From Negaprion brevirostris (Eukaryota), in contig JARDVH010000042.1 of assembly GCA_030324005.1 (NCBI GenBank), positions 68,079,997 to 68,143,996 on the forward strand: a stretch of DNA of 64,000 nucleotides. Direction: 5' to 3'. The notes under the pieces are model-generated. The model was given only the letters and a program-made list of their open reading frames with translations, did not search any database and had not been told where the DNA came from. Shown here in pieces: positions 1 through 13,005 of this stretch (the first letter of the stretch is position 1; every line of letters begins with the position of its first letter). Made by a program: the position numbers and the translations under genes.

Positions 1-1064
1 AGGCATATCTAAAAATGAGGTGTTAACCTGGTGAACTCAGAACACAGATCTACGTGGGAGCTAAGCAGCATAATCAGCATATGATAGACAGAGATAAACA
101 ATCCCACAGCTAACAGATCAGATCTAAGATCTGCAGTGTTGCCACATACAGCTGTGAATGCTGGTGGAAATAAATAACTCACTGGAGGAGGAGGCTGTGG
201 ATTTGGATGAATCTCCAAGATTGCGGATTTGCAAGCATTACAAGCTTCCTCGTAGTTCAAGCCATTGACTGCAAGCAAATCACTTTTCAGGTGCCACATG
301 TCAACTCTGCCATTGACTGGAACTGAACTGGAATCATCCAGTTAGTGTGTGTCCACGGGCGTTAAATCATCCATGGTCAATGCCCAAAATCCTCGCAGCA
401 GTCAAAATAATGTCACTGGTCCATTATGCCAGCTACATTTGGGCCAAGCTGACAAACAGAAGGGTGGCTTCTGGGTGACAAAGATTTTCTGCTAATGACA
501 TGGTTAATGACTCTGTGTCCAACACATACACATATGCGCAGCAGACATAAAATGAAAGCTCTCCTGCTGTGTGTAATGTGATAGAATAGTCATTGGCATG
601 CTGAAAATGCACTTTCTTCAGCTGCTTGGACCATTCTCAAGGAGTTTATCTGTACTCAGCAGAGCATGCATCAAGGTTCTCGGTGTCTGTTGAATGCTGT
701 TCAACTTTGCCATCCCTTGTTACCAGCTATGATGTGGAGGAGAGACTAAAGAGAAAGGGGGAACCTGGATTTCTTTTTGCAACATAAGCAGCTTTGATCA
801 GAAGTTCGAGTCGCAGAAACTCAGACTGCTGTGATGCAAAGTCAGACTGCTCTCTTTAAGGTTGTGGATTGCAGTGAGAAGGGGACTGTAGGGTATTATA
901 TCAATCCAGCAATCTATCTCCAACACATTATGATGATTACTGAGCTACCACTCTGGTAGAGTGAAACTGGCTTCATTGTGCATTAGCTTGCTGTGCTCTC
1001 TTAGGAGGATGCAGCCAGGATCTGGGCATTGACTTATGGTGGCATAGCAAGACATCGAGGGAAT

Positions 1065-3050
1065 GGAATCCACCCTGCATCTAGCCTGTCCAGCCCTATC
1101 AGAATTTTATACATTTCTACCAGATCTCCCTCATCTTTCTAAACTCGAGTGAATACAGGCCCAGTCAAACAAATTTTTCCTCAAAGGACAGTCTTGCCAA
1201 ACACAATACCAGCCTAGTAAACCTCTGCTGCACTTCTTCGATGGCAAGTATATAATTTCTTTGGTATGGTCCCATCGAAGCTTTGTATAACTGCAGTAAG
1301 ACATCACTACTTCTGAACTCAAAACCACTTGCAACGAAGGCCACTGTCTCATTTGCCTTCATAATTGCTTGCTGCACCTGCCTCTCCACTTTCATTGACT
1401 GACTGATGCATAAGGACACATAGATCCCTTTGTACATGCACACTTCCTAATAGGTCATCATTTAAATAATACTCTCTCTTTCTGTTTTTCACACAAGTGT
1501 ATAACTTAACATCCTGGGGCCCAAGCACTGATCCCTGCAGTATTCCAACTAGTTACTGCCTGCCACTATGAAAAGGACCCACTTATTTCCAATCTTTGCT
1601 TCCTGTCTGTCAATCAATTCTCAGTCAATGCCAATACATTACCCCTATCCCATATACTTAAAATTTGCTCACTAACCTATTATGAGGAACATTATCAAAA
1701 GCCTTCTGAAAGTCCAAATACACAACATCCACTGGTTCTCCCTTATCTATTTATTAGTTACATCCTCAACAAACTCCATTTGAGTTGTTAAGTATGATTG
1801 GCTTTTCATAAACATGGGTGAGCTTTGTCCAATCCCGTAATGCTTTCCAATTCTTTTGTTATTACGTCTTTTATAATAGAGTCCAGCATCTTCCCCACTA
1901 CTGTCGTCAGACTACCTGGACTGTAATTCTCCCTTCGTTTCTCTCCCTCCCTTTTTAAATATTGGGGTTACATTTGCCACCCTCTAATTTGCAGGAACAG
2001 CTCCAGAGTCTATAGAATTTTACAAGATAACCACCAATGTATCCATTATTTCCAGGATCACTTCCTTTTAATACTCTGGGATGTAGATTATCAGGCTCTG
2101 GTGACTTGATAGCCCCATTAATTTCCCCGGCATCTTCTTCTTACTAATACTGATTTCCTTTAATTCCACTCTTTCACTAGACCCTGCGTTCTTAACATTT
2201 CTGGCAGGTTATTTGTGCCCTCTTTTGGGAAAACAGAACCAAAGTATATGTTCAATTCTCCTGCCATTTCTTTGTTCCTCGTTATAATTTCCCCAGCTTC
2301 TGATTGTAAGGGCCATATTTTTGTCTTTACTAATCTTTCTTTCTTCACATATTTATAGAAGCTTTTACAGTCAGTTTCTATGTTCCCTGCATTTTACTCT
2401 CAAGCTCTTGCCCTGATTCTCCCATTGAGATCCACAACTTTTCTAGGTTGGGAGATGCGCATGAGGTTCCCTGCAACTGTTTATGACCCACGAGCATCTC
2501 CCAGCCGGAAAAAAATGGTGTCACAGGGAACACGCAGAAAACCGGCGGGAAGTGAGGTAAGTCATTTGAATATGTTTTACATATATTTTAAATGTATTTT
2601 AAATGTGTTTATCAGGCCTGGCACGGAACTTGCTGGACCCGTTAATATCTCCCACCCCATCAGGAGTACTTAATTCCTACAGGGTTTAGAATAGCTCCCC
2701 ACCTTCAGGAAACTGGTGGGACACCCCGCTGGAGTGAAGGGGGGGGCAATCAGGGCCCCCCAGGGGGTTGGATAATGGTGCCCCCTGAGCATGGCCACCC
2801 TGGCAGTGCGAGCCTGTGCCCCTGCACTGCCCAAGGGGCAAAGTGTCCATGCTCAGGGACACCTTGGCACTGCCCATTAGGCATGAGCAGGTATCAAGGA
2901 AATTGCATTGAAAAACAGTCGTGATCTGGAACAATTTTCCCACCAATTGAGCACTTTTGGGAGAATCGCCACCTCTATTTTGCCCTTCTTGATCAAACTT
3001 CTTGTCCTCTTTTGCTGAATTCTAAAATGCTTCAATGCTCTGAGCAATGA
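1065..3050 (-). mobile_element. Decayed CR1 LINE ORF2 fragment, split by a MITE at 2409-2972
   Basis: CR1 ORF2 peptides on minus strand: RTRSLIKKGKIE, KKERLVKTKIWPLQSEAGEIITRNKEMAGELNIYFGSVF, ILAIEEVQQRFTRL; many stops and frameshifts. Confidence 0.93.
2409..2972. mobile_element. MITE / non-autonomous DNA transposon nested in CR1
   Basis: Imperfect TIRs TGCCCTGATTCTCCC ... GGGAGAATCGCCAC flanked by CTCT on both sides; removal rejoins the CR1 frame. Confidence 0.8.
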
Positions 3051-3094
3051 TTCATCAATTCCAAGCACAGGTTCCTTAGCTTGGAGTGCAAGTA

Positions 3095-3412
3095 TAATTG
3101 GGGTGTCATAGCGATCAGTGGCCAGGCGTGATCAGGAGGCCGGCAATGGAGGGGGAGCGGGGGGCTGTGCGCGTGCGCTGATCTTTGCACTGACAGACCA
3201 GTGCATGTGCAATGGCCTGCTCAATGCCATGCTGCCAGTCTCTCTGGTGGGATGAAGCCCTCCCCCTACTTCTCAGCGTGTTTCACTCAATGGCACTCTG
3301 TATTGCTCAGAGTGTCAGGGATTCATTCAGATAAGTGTGCTCAAAAGAGGGTGGGAAATACTTCCGTTTTCCCACCCGTTGGACACTTAATTTTGTTTTG
3401 GGAGAAGCCTGA
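3095..3412. mobile_element. Terminal part of a GC-rich MITE-like element
   Basis: Ends GGGAGAAGCCTGAC; reverse-complement similarity to 17916-18180. Confidence 0.6.
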
Positions 3413-4076
3413 CTAATTAGCCGATATAGATGAACAAAACAAGAACATGGTGATAATCTACATTTATTGATGCCAGCAGCATATTGAAGGATTAATGTTT
3501 CACAGTCTAAAAAAATGACATAACTGTGCAACTGATCAATTTCTTCAGTTCTATTTATTCCCATGTTGACATATATCCTTATTCAGGTAAAGTGGAAGAT
3601 ATTAAAGCCATGCCAGCTCCTCACGATAAGGGCAATCTTTGAAGATGTCTTGGTCCTTTTAATTTCTTAACTTCATACATTCCCAATTTCACTCTAAGAT
3701 CTTCATCACTAAGGAAATATTAAAATAGGAAGGGAATCCTATTCTGTGACACAAAGACCACCAATACCTCAATGAAGCACTGAAACACTCATTATCAGAA
3801 ACATCACCATTGCAATTTTACAATCCTGAATCTANNNNNNNNNNCAGAAGTATCTGGGAGCATGCATACCACAAAAAGGCAAACTGATTGCATTTCCTTC
3901 GAATTCTTTGTCCAAAACACAATCTAGCTATTCCAACATTGAGCAGGAAACATCAGCTTAAATGTTTGGAATCATGGACCATGAATTTATACCTATCCAT
4001 TTGGCAAATGTTTGTGATGAAGACTGATCATAAGCCACTGGAGATGATTTGGTGAAACTATTGATCAGTGTACTGC

Positions 4077-4630
4077 CAAAGAACAAAGAGAACAAAGAGA
4101 ACAAAGAGCAGCGCAGCGCAAGAACAGGCCCTTTGGTCCACCAAGTTTGTGCAGACACATTTTATTGCCTGTAAGTGATCCATATCCCCCTCTTCCCTGC
4201 CTATTCATGTATTTATCCAGATGCCTCTTGAACATTGTTATAGAATTTCCTTCCACCATCTCCTCTAGCAGCATGTTCCGGGTATTCACCACCCCCTGTG
4301 TGGAAAAACTTGCCCCTTACATCTCTTTTAAACTTTCCCCCTCTCTCTTTTAATTGACCCTTTGGCCCTGGGAAAATGACTCTGACTATCCACTCTATCG
4401 TAATCATCACCGGTCATAAACTTGTGAACCTCTATCAGGACCCCTCATCCTCCGACGCTCCAGTGAAAACAATCCACGTTTGTTAAAACTTTTTTCATAG
4501 TACACATCCTCCGAACCAGGCAACATCCTGGTAAATCTCTTCTGCACCTTTTCCAATGCATCAACATCTTTCTGGTAGTGTGGTGACCAGAATTGTCCAC
4601 AATACTCCAAATGCAGCCTAACCAAAGTTT
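4077..4630 (-). mobile_element. CR1 (HER1-like) LINE 3' end
   Basis: LEYCGQFWSPHYQKDVDALEKVQKRFTRMLPG, GGKFKRDVRGKFF, FKRHLDKYM; (AGAACAAAG)n microsatellite tail. Confidence 0.93.
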
Positions 4631-6015
4631 CTGACTCAGAGTGATTGAGATGAAGTTTGAATTGGGGAGACTTGAATAGAAGGGTGAGCTCTCAAACTTG
4701 TGTCGAGAATCTTGGAGAAGAACCCTTTGATTTTAAGATTAATTTTCCTTTTGTCGGTTTTAACATCTGTAAACATTCCATTGTCCATGTGAATGGAAAC
4801 ATGTGTGGATAGCTCTCGATACTTTTAAATGGCAGAGTACCCACTACGTGGTTTCTGTTTTTCAACCTTAGTATTACGAAAGATCTAAAAATTTAATAGT
4901 TGTGAGAAGCAGGTCTCCATTCATTCCTTTGTTAGATATAAAAGAATACTTTAATAATACCAGAGCCAGTACAACATATGGACCCTCTTATCCTGCAGAT
5001 ACAGGTTGAAAAGACAAAGGAGCTGGTTGTAAACTCCTCAGTTATCAGATGAGAAACAAAAGGCAGCCAAGAAGACTTGTGTGAGTCACAAGTAAAAATT
5101 TAATCAAACAATCAAATTTGGATGCCTAGTGCAGGTCACATAAGTTCAATCTACACAGTGTGTTATTGAAGTGGTGCAGGCTCATAGTTATCAATTATCA
5201 GCTCGGAAAAGATTCACTGTGAAGCACCGACTGATGTTGATCAGATTTAAACCAAAGGATGTACTTTTCTCTGCAGTACCCTTGCCTATCCCCTTGACTT
5301 TTTAATTCCAATTTTACCCAGATGAGTTGTTAGCATGTAGCCCTGCAGAGATATCTTTCGACAGATTAAATAAATACTTTGTGTAAATTGAGTTCAGTCT
5401 AAGGGCTAACATGACCATATTGACACTGCCAATGCTTATTCACTTGCTTTATTGTAGCTGGGAAAAGCTGTACATCTTTGTTTTTATAATGTCTTAAGCA
5501 AGAAGTGTGATGACTGTTAACCTCTGATAAGAATATTCAGGACTCGATTTGATGGCTGCAATGTGAACATACTTTATTGCTGTTTTGCTGTGCTGCGCGT
5601 TGTGTATGCTCCAACACCTCACCTTTTAGACAAATATGGTAGCCTCCAATGGAGCAATACACAACATCCCTCTCCTTCTTGGCAAATGAGAGGCTTCGCT
5701 TCTCTTTTTGCATCAATAAAATATTCAAACTTGCTGTATGAGTTATTTGTTTCATAACGTTTTTCAATTGTTTGTGTTCAAAAATGTAAACAAAATTAAA
5801 TCTAACCTGAATGTCCAACTTCACCAGTAATACTTGATCTTATTGTAAAAATAACCTTTTCCACATCTTCCTTTTTTTAAAGTCAGAGTTATGGCAATTT
5901 TTCACTAATACATATGTAAACTTTTGTATTAATCTAATAAGCATATTTTGCATTTAGTCATGTACAGCGAGAGGCAAGATTTGTTCACCAGCTGAAAGCA
6001 AGTTATTTTGCAGCG

Positions 6016-6645
6016 TAATTGTTTTTAAGTATGGTGGACATTTCCTCTCACAAATAGGGCGTCAGCATGTGATGTCAGGTGTTGACTCATTTATTTTATG
6101 ATCTTGATCTGAGCTATTGTTGCTTTGAATTGAACTCCATGCTTGTGGATGGTGTTGTCTGTGCTTTGAAGAATGACACGTTTCATGTGATGATTTGCAA
6201 ACTACATTTAGCACTGATTGCTGATCCCTTTGTGTTTACCACAACAAATGGTTGGATGTCATTGGGGGTTGTTTGTATTCCAACATGACTATTGTGCTTC
6301 ACAAGCACTTTATCCCCTGTTTTTATTGTTGTTGCTTTGAATTTCATGTTTTACTCTGCATGTCTCACTTGTGCAAATGTCCAGCATTAACTTCACAAGG
6401 TAACTCAGGAAGATGTGCGTGCATAGAATGTGTAAAGATGAGCATAGCTGGGTAGTAAAATCAGGAGTCACTCTGTAATTGTGAGATAAGTGCTATAACT
6501 TTTGCCCCCATAAACATAATTGTTTAACTATGGTGGATGTTTACTCTCACAAGTAAGATAACAGCATGTGATATCGGATGTTGACTCATTTGTTTCATGT
6601 TCTTCATCTGAGATGCTGATGCCTGAATCAAACTCCATACTTGTG
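6016..6645. repeat. Diverged ~130-bp direct repeat pair (6016-6147 and 6517-6645)
   Basis: Manual alignment, roughly 75-80% identity. Confidence 0.85.
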
Positions 6646-7108
6646 CATTATGAGCTCTTAGCTTTAGCAGTATATATCACTTTATTTCAAGTTACGCTCA
6701 AATCTCTTGCCTTCTTCATTAGCTCTTGTCCAATGCAGTGTGAGTGAAGCACAGGTATTTGGTGACTTTACTAGACATACTTCTGTTGTCACTTTTCACC
6801 ATTTGTATAGCACCAAACAAAATAAAGAGTTTTAGGCAACTGCTTCTGTTAATGTAGTCTATATGTGGTATTTTCCAGCCCTTTCCACTGCAGGGATCTT
6901 CCAGTACTGCCAAAGTAGACCTCCCATGGCAAGCTCCCTTCTTAGCTGGAAAGGCAGCCAGCAAATTTGAATACTACTAGCTACTTCCTTCCAACTTGAA
7001 TACATTTCCGTTATTCCTATTCTTTTTTCTACTGCTTAATGAATCTCCTAGAAGGTAAATAATCTTCCTTCAATTCGACTTTCAGTTTTAGCTATCCAGT
7101 CTCGTATG

Positions 7109-7270
7109 TGGAGGTCTTGTGGCCCAGTGGGTAGTATCCCTGCCTCTGAGTCAGAAACTCTGACATTGATTCCCACTTCAGAACATGATGGCCAGGGAAA
7201 ACTGTGCTCACAACATATTCAATCAAATTGAGTATCAGCCTACAAGTCCTTCCAAAACACACCAATGGTG
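7109..7270 (+). mobile_element. tRNA-derived SINE 5' part
   Basis: Box A-like TGGCCCAGTGG and decayed box B-like GATTCCCAC; abuts an HE1 copy. Confidence 0.6.
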
Positions 7271-7585
7271 GTTAGCATGGTGGCACTATGGTTAGCACGG
7301 CTGCCTCACAGCACCAGAGATGTGGGTTCGATTCTGGCCTTGGGTCACCACATGTGTGGAGTTTGCATGCTTTCACAGTATCTGCATGGGTTTCCTCTGG
7401 ATGATCCAGTTTCACCGCACAATCCAAAGATGCACAGGTTAGATGGATTAAATTGCCCCTTAGTGTCCCAAGATATTGATTAAGTAGATTAGCCATTACC
7501 TATAGAGTGGAAGAAAGAGCTTGAATAAGATGTTCTTTTGGGGAGTCGGTATAGACTTGATGGGCCAAATGGCCTCTTTCTGTAC
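7271..7585 (+). mobile_element. HE1-type V-SINE
   Basis: tRNA head TGGTTAGCACGGCTGCCTCACAGC...GGTTCGATTC, V-domain TGTGTGGAGTTTGCATG, CR1-like tail GATGGGCCAAATGGCCTC. Confidence 0.9.
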
Positions 7586-7739
7586 TTCTGTTATTTCTCA
7601 AAGAATTCTTTAGTTCTTTAGACAAATTCTTGTCTTTTCCTAATCAGCTCAAATTTCACCAGTAGCACAATAACTCTGTCCATAATTTTAGATTCCAATG
7701 ACCCCTCCACAACAGAAATTAGGCCAACATATCAGACAC

Positions 7740-8800
7740 AGGCTAGAATTTTACCATCCGTGGGAATTGGAGTGGATGAGAGGTGGAGCATGGAAAGGTC
7801 TGTTGACCTTGGGCAGGAATTTACGGTTTTGGGATGAGGGAAGCCATAAAACTCTACCCACAGACACCACACTCCTGGTATGCAGTGTGAAAACAAAACT
7901 TTGAAGGCGATTCTGCACCCGTTGTTTGCCATGAGCAGAAACGTGATATGGGTGCAAAGTCTTGTGCAAATTGGAAAATGAGATTTTTCCTGATGAGATT
8001 TAATTTTCTGCTAATCCCCACCAGTGATGTAGCAAGGTTCCTGCCCAAAAAGGGTGGGAACCTCATATAAGTGCATTTAAATAAATTTAAACGGCTTGCC
8101 CACTATATGCTCCCCCAGGTAAGGAATTCCCCATCGGCGAGGTTTACAAGAGTTATTGAAAACTGGGGAGCTGTCAAGAGGAACCCATTGCGGGTAGAAA
8201 GATAAGTATAGCCCTCAGGGCTGAGGGTCATGTCTGAGAATTGTTTTAGCACTGGCTCTTGACATCCTGACAGTGCAAACCTGGTTGTACAATCCCGGCA
8301 CTTCCAGGGGATTATACCAGGGGCAGTCCCTTTGAGGAGTGCCATTGGTGAGTTTCCCTTTAGGAGTGAGGTGGAGGTGCTTATGTGAGGGGGTCACTCA
8401 TGTCCAGTCGGTGGGGGGGCGGTAGTTTCCTTTTAACACAGGTTGGGACGCTCTTTAAAAAATCTCCATGGAGCCAGTATTGCTGGATCTATCAAGCCCC
8501 ACTCCACCAGCTTGACAGCAGAAAACACAGCCCCAGATTCCCTTTGCACAGAGTGCCAGAGAATCTGGAGAGAAATCTCAGCTGTGTGGCTGGAGAGCTA
8601 CCTGCTGGTTTGCTCATCCCGGCTAGCACTCTNNNNNNNNNNTACACAAGATATAGGCCTAGATTTATCGGATGACAGCTTCTCACTTCCCGCCACCTGA
8701 AAAGCTGTTGACTCCAAGTACCCCGCAGCTGTTATGTACTCAAAAGAGCATGAAGTGTCTGCAGGCGGGCCTTCCACCCCTCACTCAGTAGGAATTCCCA
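7740..8800. mobile_element. GC-rich MITE-like / non-autonomous DNA element(s)
   Basis: TIR-like starts GGCTAGAATTTTACC and GGGCAGGAATTTAC, end GTAGGAATTCCCACC; no coding capacity. Confidence 0.5.
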
Positions 8801-9509
8801 CCTCAGCTACCTGCCAATCACCCACTCCCCCATGTCCAAACTCCTCCCAAACCTGCCATGCCTGACCTGCCACCCCCACCAACACCCTGGCATCTGACCA
8901 CCCCAGCCCCACATGTCCAAGCTCCTCCCCTCCATATGCACCTTCCTACCCTGCCCACTACCCAACCCCCTCCCAATGTCTGATATATTGGCCCAGAGGT
9001 AATTTGGCACAGGTAAGTGGGTATGGTGTGACAATCCAATGCTGATTGCTGGATCAATTGAGTTGACAACCTATGGTAGATGGATTTCCATGAGGGTAAA
9101 TAAGAAATCATCCAATTTGGACCGAGGAAGGATAGATCTGAAAATTATTTAAATAGTGAAAAATTAGAAACAAAGGAGGTCCAAAGAAATTCTTCTCAGA
9201 CAAGCAGAATAATACTGCTGGCTTGCAGGAGTGGATGTCTGTCCAGGTGCTTTTTAAATATGGTATTCGGACTTTTGGCCCAGGAGGCACAAGTGAGATT
9301 GGGGAGATCCTGCTATCCCCTATCCTTGCCATACAATGGCTGGGCAACTCGACTGTACATAAGTAATTGACTGACCATTGTGTGACAGCATGTGGCCAAC
9401 TGTCCCACCTCCAAACAGAAGTTCTGTTTACGTCCAATCCTGCCACTGGAATGCTTGCAACTGTCACTAGATTCTGCCCAGTTATTCATGTCTGTGTTCT
9501 CATAGTATG

Positions 9510-9742
9510 ATTTGAAGATCAGGAATGTTCTTCCAGTATCCAGGCCAGTGTTTGTTAGTCACACAACATTGCTATAACAGATTACCAGGTCATTATGGCA
9601 TGTTGTTTGTGGGATCTTGCTGTTCTCAAAATGGCTGCCGTGTTTTCTTTTTTATAACAATGACTACACTTGAAAAATAGTCCATTGGCTGTAAAGTTCT
9701 TTGAGATGTCTTGAGGCCCTGAAAACTGCTATATAATTGCAA
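9510..9742 (+). mobile_element. Deu-domain SINE (SacSINE1-like) 3' half
   Basis: GTTTGTGGGATCTTGCTG...AAAATGGCTGCC core and TGTAAAG...TTTGAGATGTC...GCTATATAATTGCAA tail. Confidence 0.75.
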
Positions 9743-9754
9743 AGAATACCAGAA

Positions 9755-9950
9755 TGGCGGAACTCTCTCCCACAGAAAGCTGTAACTCAATGAATAATTT
9801 TGAAACTGAAGCCAATTGATTTTTGCTAGACTTGGGCATCAAAGGATATAGAGCCAAGATAGCCAGGTGGAGGTAAGATATCAATCATCCATGGTCTTAC
9901 TGAATTTCAGAACAGACTTAAAGAACTGAATAGTGTATCTTATACTTATG
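9755..9950 (+). mobile_element. Old CR1 3' end
   Basis: GGAACTCTCTCCCACAGAAAGCTGT, ATCAAAGGATAT, CCATGGTCTTACTGAAT motifs. Confidence 0.7.
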
Positions 9951-9957
9951 TGTTTTT

Positions 9958-10300
9958 AAATTCATTTACGGGTACTGCTGGTTAGGCCAGTATTTCTTGC
10001 CCAGTCCTAGTTGCCCTTCACAAGGTAATAATGAGCTGCCTTCTTGAACCACTATAGTCGCAGACGTGTAGGTACAGTCACAGTGCTGTTAGAGAGGGAG
10101 TTCCAGGATTTTAACCCAGTGACAATGAAGGAATGGCAATATATTTCCAAGTCCAGGTGGTGAGTAACTTGGATGGGAACCTCTGGTCGTGGTGATCCCA
10201 GGTATCTGCTGCCTTTGTCCTTCTAGATGGTAGTGGTTGGGGTTTGGAAGGTGCTGCCTAAGGAATCTTGATGAGTTTCTGCAGTGCATCTTGTAGATGG
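9958..10300 (-). mobile_element. LINE 3' end (CR1/L2 group)
   Basis: TIYKMHCRNSSRFLRQHLPNP ... SWNSL C-terminal peptide; tail shared with the SINE at 11911. Confidence 0.8.
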
Positions 10301-11910
10301 TTCCTTCCAATATTCCTGAACGCGCACAGGCATCATTTCTGAGACCCTGCTCTTGTCATGGAGCCTTATTAGTTATAAGTACTAGTCAGAAAACAGGAGC
10401 ATGTTGTAATTCTAGTCTCTGTTATAATAAACACCACTGGTAACTAGAACAGAGCCTTGCAAAAATAAACTGATGGAAATGATCTCCCCATAGAACAAGT
10501 TCACCTTTTAAAAAATGAGCGCTTGAAAATTACGCCAGCTGGAGAATTTTATATTTTTTGTTTTCAGTGGTAAGGCCAAACGTATGATATCACAAGTTCC
10601 TTGCAATGTTCTGCCTGAAATCCAATTCCACTGACATCCCTGGAACTAACTATCAGTTGAGATGTCCCCTTGCTCTGAAATAGCAAGCAGTTTGGGCAAA
10701 TAGATTAACTGGTGAAAAGGGAGCCATTTCTTCCTGTCTATTATGCTGACCTGCTGATGGGGTTTTCCTGTGCATCTTTTGTAACTTTGGCAACAAAGCT
10801 GCAGAAACTCATTAAACCTGGAGAAATGGTGGTTCTATTTATATTTTTCAATTTGTCTTTTTGAAATTTGAGTCATATTAGTGTACATAAGATGACAAAA
10901 ATCAATAAATGATTTTCTGAAAAATTAAAACTAAAATGTGTATTACTATGAAGATTGCAAAAAAGAAAGAAAACCCATTGAATTAACCTATGGTGTTCCA
11001 TACAGTTAATGATTACAGCACAGAATAGGTTTGGCTATAACTGAATAAGCTATTAGTGGGACCAAAGGAAATACTACATGGGCCAATAATAAGAAAAAAT
11101 ATTATCAATCATAAAGTAGAGCTCAGTTCAAGAGGCTGCAGTGCTAGTGGGTCTTTCTCATTCAAGATGTTTATGTAAGACCCTGACTCGTCTGCCCTTT
11201 CAATCTCTGATTGGTTTCGAAGCATGCTGTGATTTCAGACGGAGCTAGCTACATTTTTAAACAGTGTTGTTTTTTTCATCCTTGAACATATTGACACAGA
11301 ACTGAGAATGCAAGAGTAAATGATACTTCACAATATAGCTAGAGGTCATGGTGCCACAAAGTTCTGTTAACTGAAAAAATGTACAATAGTTGGTATTTAT
11401 TTTCTGTTATACAGACCTCTGGGAGATGCTCAATCCCTCAGCAAGACACAGACAATAAATAGATTATTTTGAAAGAATGGAACTCATCCATCAATTTGAC
11501 CCCCTGTCTTTCAAGCTGATCGGTGCAAAAGGTAGAAGACTGTATTCTTTTCTCATAAGGCTGAAAGTTGGGGTAAAGACACTTGATTTTTTTAAAAAAC
11601 TGGCCAGCTGCTGAAAAGGCTTATTCCTGCGTCTTTGCTCTAATATTACTGATCTGTCTTGATCTTCTGAAACACCATCACTTTGTTGGTAATTATGCTG
11701 CGATACATTCAGCATTTATTACAGGTTAGAGTCAGCCAAGCAGATACGAGAGTGACTGGTGTGGAATTTTTAAGTCCATCTAGATCTCAAAAGCAAAACC
11801 TCCCACTTAACTATGATCTTTTGTAATGTTTGAAGCAGTCCAACTACAAATTAAAAACATTTTATTAAAAGTTTGAATGAAGGCTTTATAATATTCATAA
11901 GAATAATAAG

Positions 11911-12300
11911 ATGGTGGCTTTGTGGTAATGTCACTGGACTAGTCATTCAAAGGCCCAGGCTAATCTTGTGGGGAATCGCACAGGTTCAATACAGCAGCTG
12001 GTGAAATTGAAATTCAATTAATAAAATCTGGAATTGAAAACTAGTCTCAGTAATGGTGACCATGAAACTATCATTGATCGTTATAAAGACAGATTTGGTT
12101 CACTGATGTCCTTTAGGGAAGGAAATCTGCCAGCCTTGCTTGGTCTGGCCTACATGTGAATCTCAACCCACAGCAACATGATTGACTCTTAACTGTCCTC
12201 TGGGATAGCCAAGCAAGCCACTCAGTTCTAAAGCAATTTGGGATTGACAACAAATGCTGGCTTTGCCAGTGATGCCTACATCCTATGAAAGAATTTTTAA
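11911..12300 (+). mobile_element. Near full-length tRNA-derived SINE
   Basis: Head GTGGTAATGTCACTGGACTAGT...GGTTCAAT; core GGTTCACTGATGTCCTTTAGGGAAGGAAATCTGCC; LINE-derived tail. Confidence 0.85.
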
Positions 12301-12302
12301 AA

Positions 12303-12490
12303 TATAGGAGCTGAGTAGGACCTTTTGCCCATCAAATCCGCTCTGCCATTCATTATGATCATGGCTGACCTTAGGTCTCGATTCACTTTCCGATACTGTT
12401 CCTTAACACTTAATTTCGTTATTTCATCCATCTGTCTTGAATATGTTCAACAACTGAGCATTCACAGTCTTTTAGATTGGAGAATTTCCA
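12303..12490 (-). mobile_element. Old CR1 3' end
   Basis: ATAGGAGCTGAGTAGG...CTCTGCCATTCATTATGATCATGGCTGA. Confidence 0.75.
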
Positions 12491-12741
12491 AGACTGCTCT
12501 TGGTACTCACTAGGAGCCCATAAAATTGCAATAATTTTGAAAGTAACACGAGGAGCAATGATAGGATATACGCAACAAATGAATTTTGTTTTGAAGAGTT
12601 AAATGGATACAACCTGTTGCTTTTGTCATGTAACAGAAAGAATGAGGGGTTGATCCTTTCAGCCTGGATTGGGAAGAGGATGAACTCAAGAACAATGATC
12701 CCTTTACTACCATTTCCTCCTCCTTGGCTTTGCTCCCCTTT

Positions 12742-13005
12742 GGCAAGGGGATTAAGGGTTATGGGGAGAGGGCGGGAAGGTGGAACTAAGACAAGACAGA
12801 TCAGCCATGATCTTATTGAATGGCGGGGCAGNNNNNNNNNNNNNNNNNNNNNNNNNNNNNNNNNNNNNNNNNNNNNNNNNNNNNNNNNNNNNNNNNNNNN
12901 NNNNNNNNNNNNNNNNNNNNNNNNNNNNNNNCTTATTGAATGGCGGGGCAGGCTCGAAGGGCTAGATGGCCTACTCCTGCTCCTATTTCTTATGTTCTTA
13001 TGTTC
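12742..13005 (+). mobile_element. Young CR1 3' end spanning an assembly gap
   Basis: GATCAGCCATGATCTTATTGAATGGCGGGGCAGG ... (CTTATGTT)n tail. Confidence 0.92.

Noticed and set aside
3573-3590. U12-type donor ATATCCTT
   Set aside because: Imperfect match with no upstream exon; expected by chance
7271-7345. tRNA genes at SINE heads
   Set aside because: Followed by SINE body and tail; no intact cloverleaf evident
12812-12950. Direct repeat CTTATTGAATGGCGGGGCAG on both sides of a gap
   Set aside because: Most likely unmerged contig overlap
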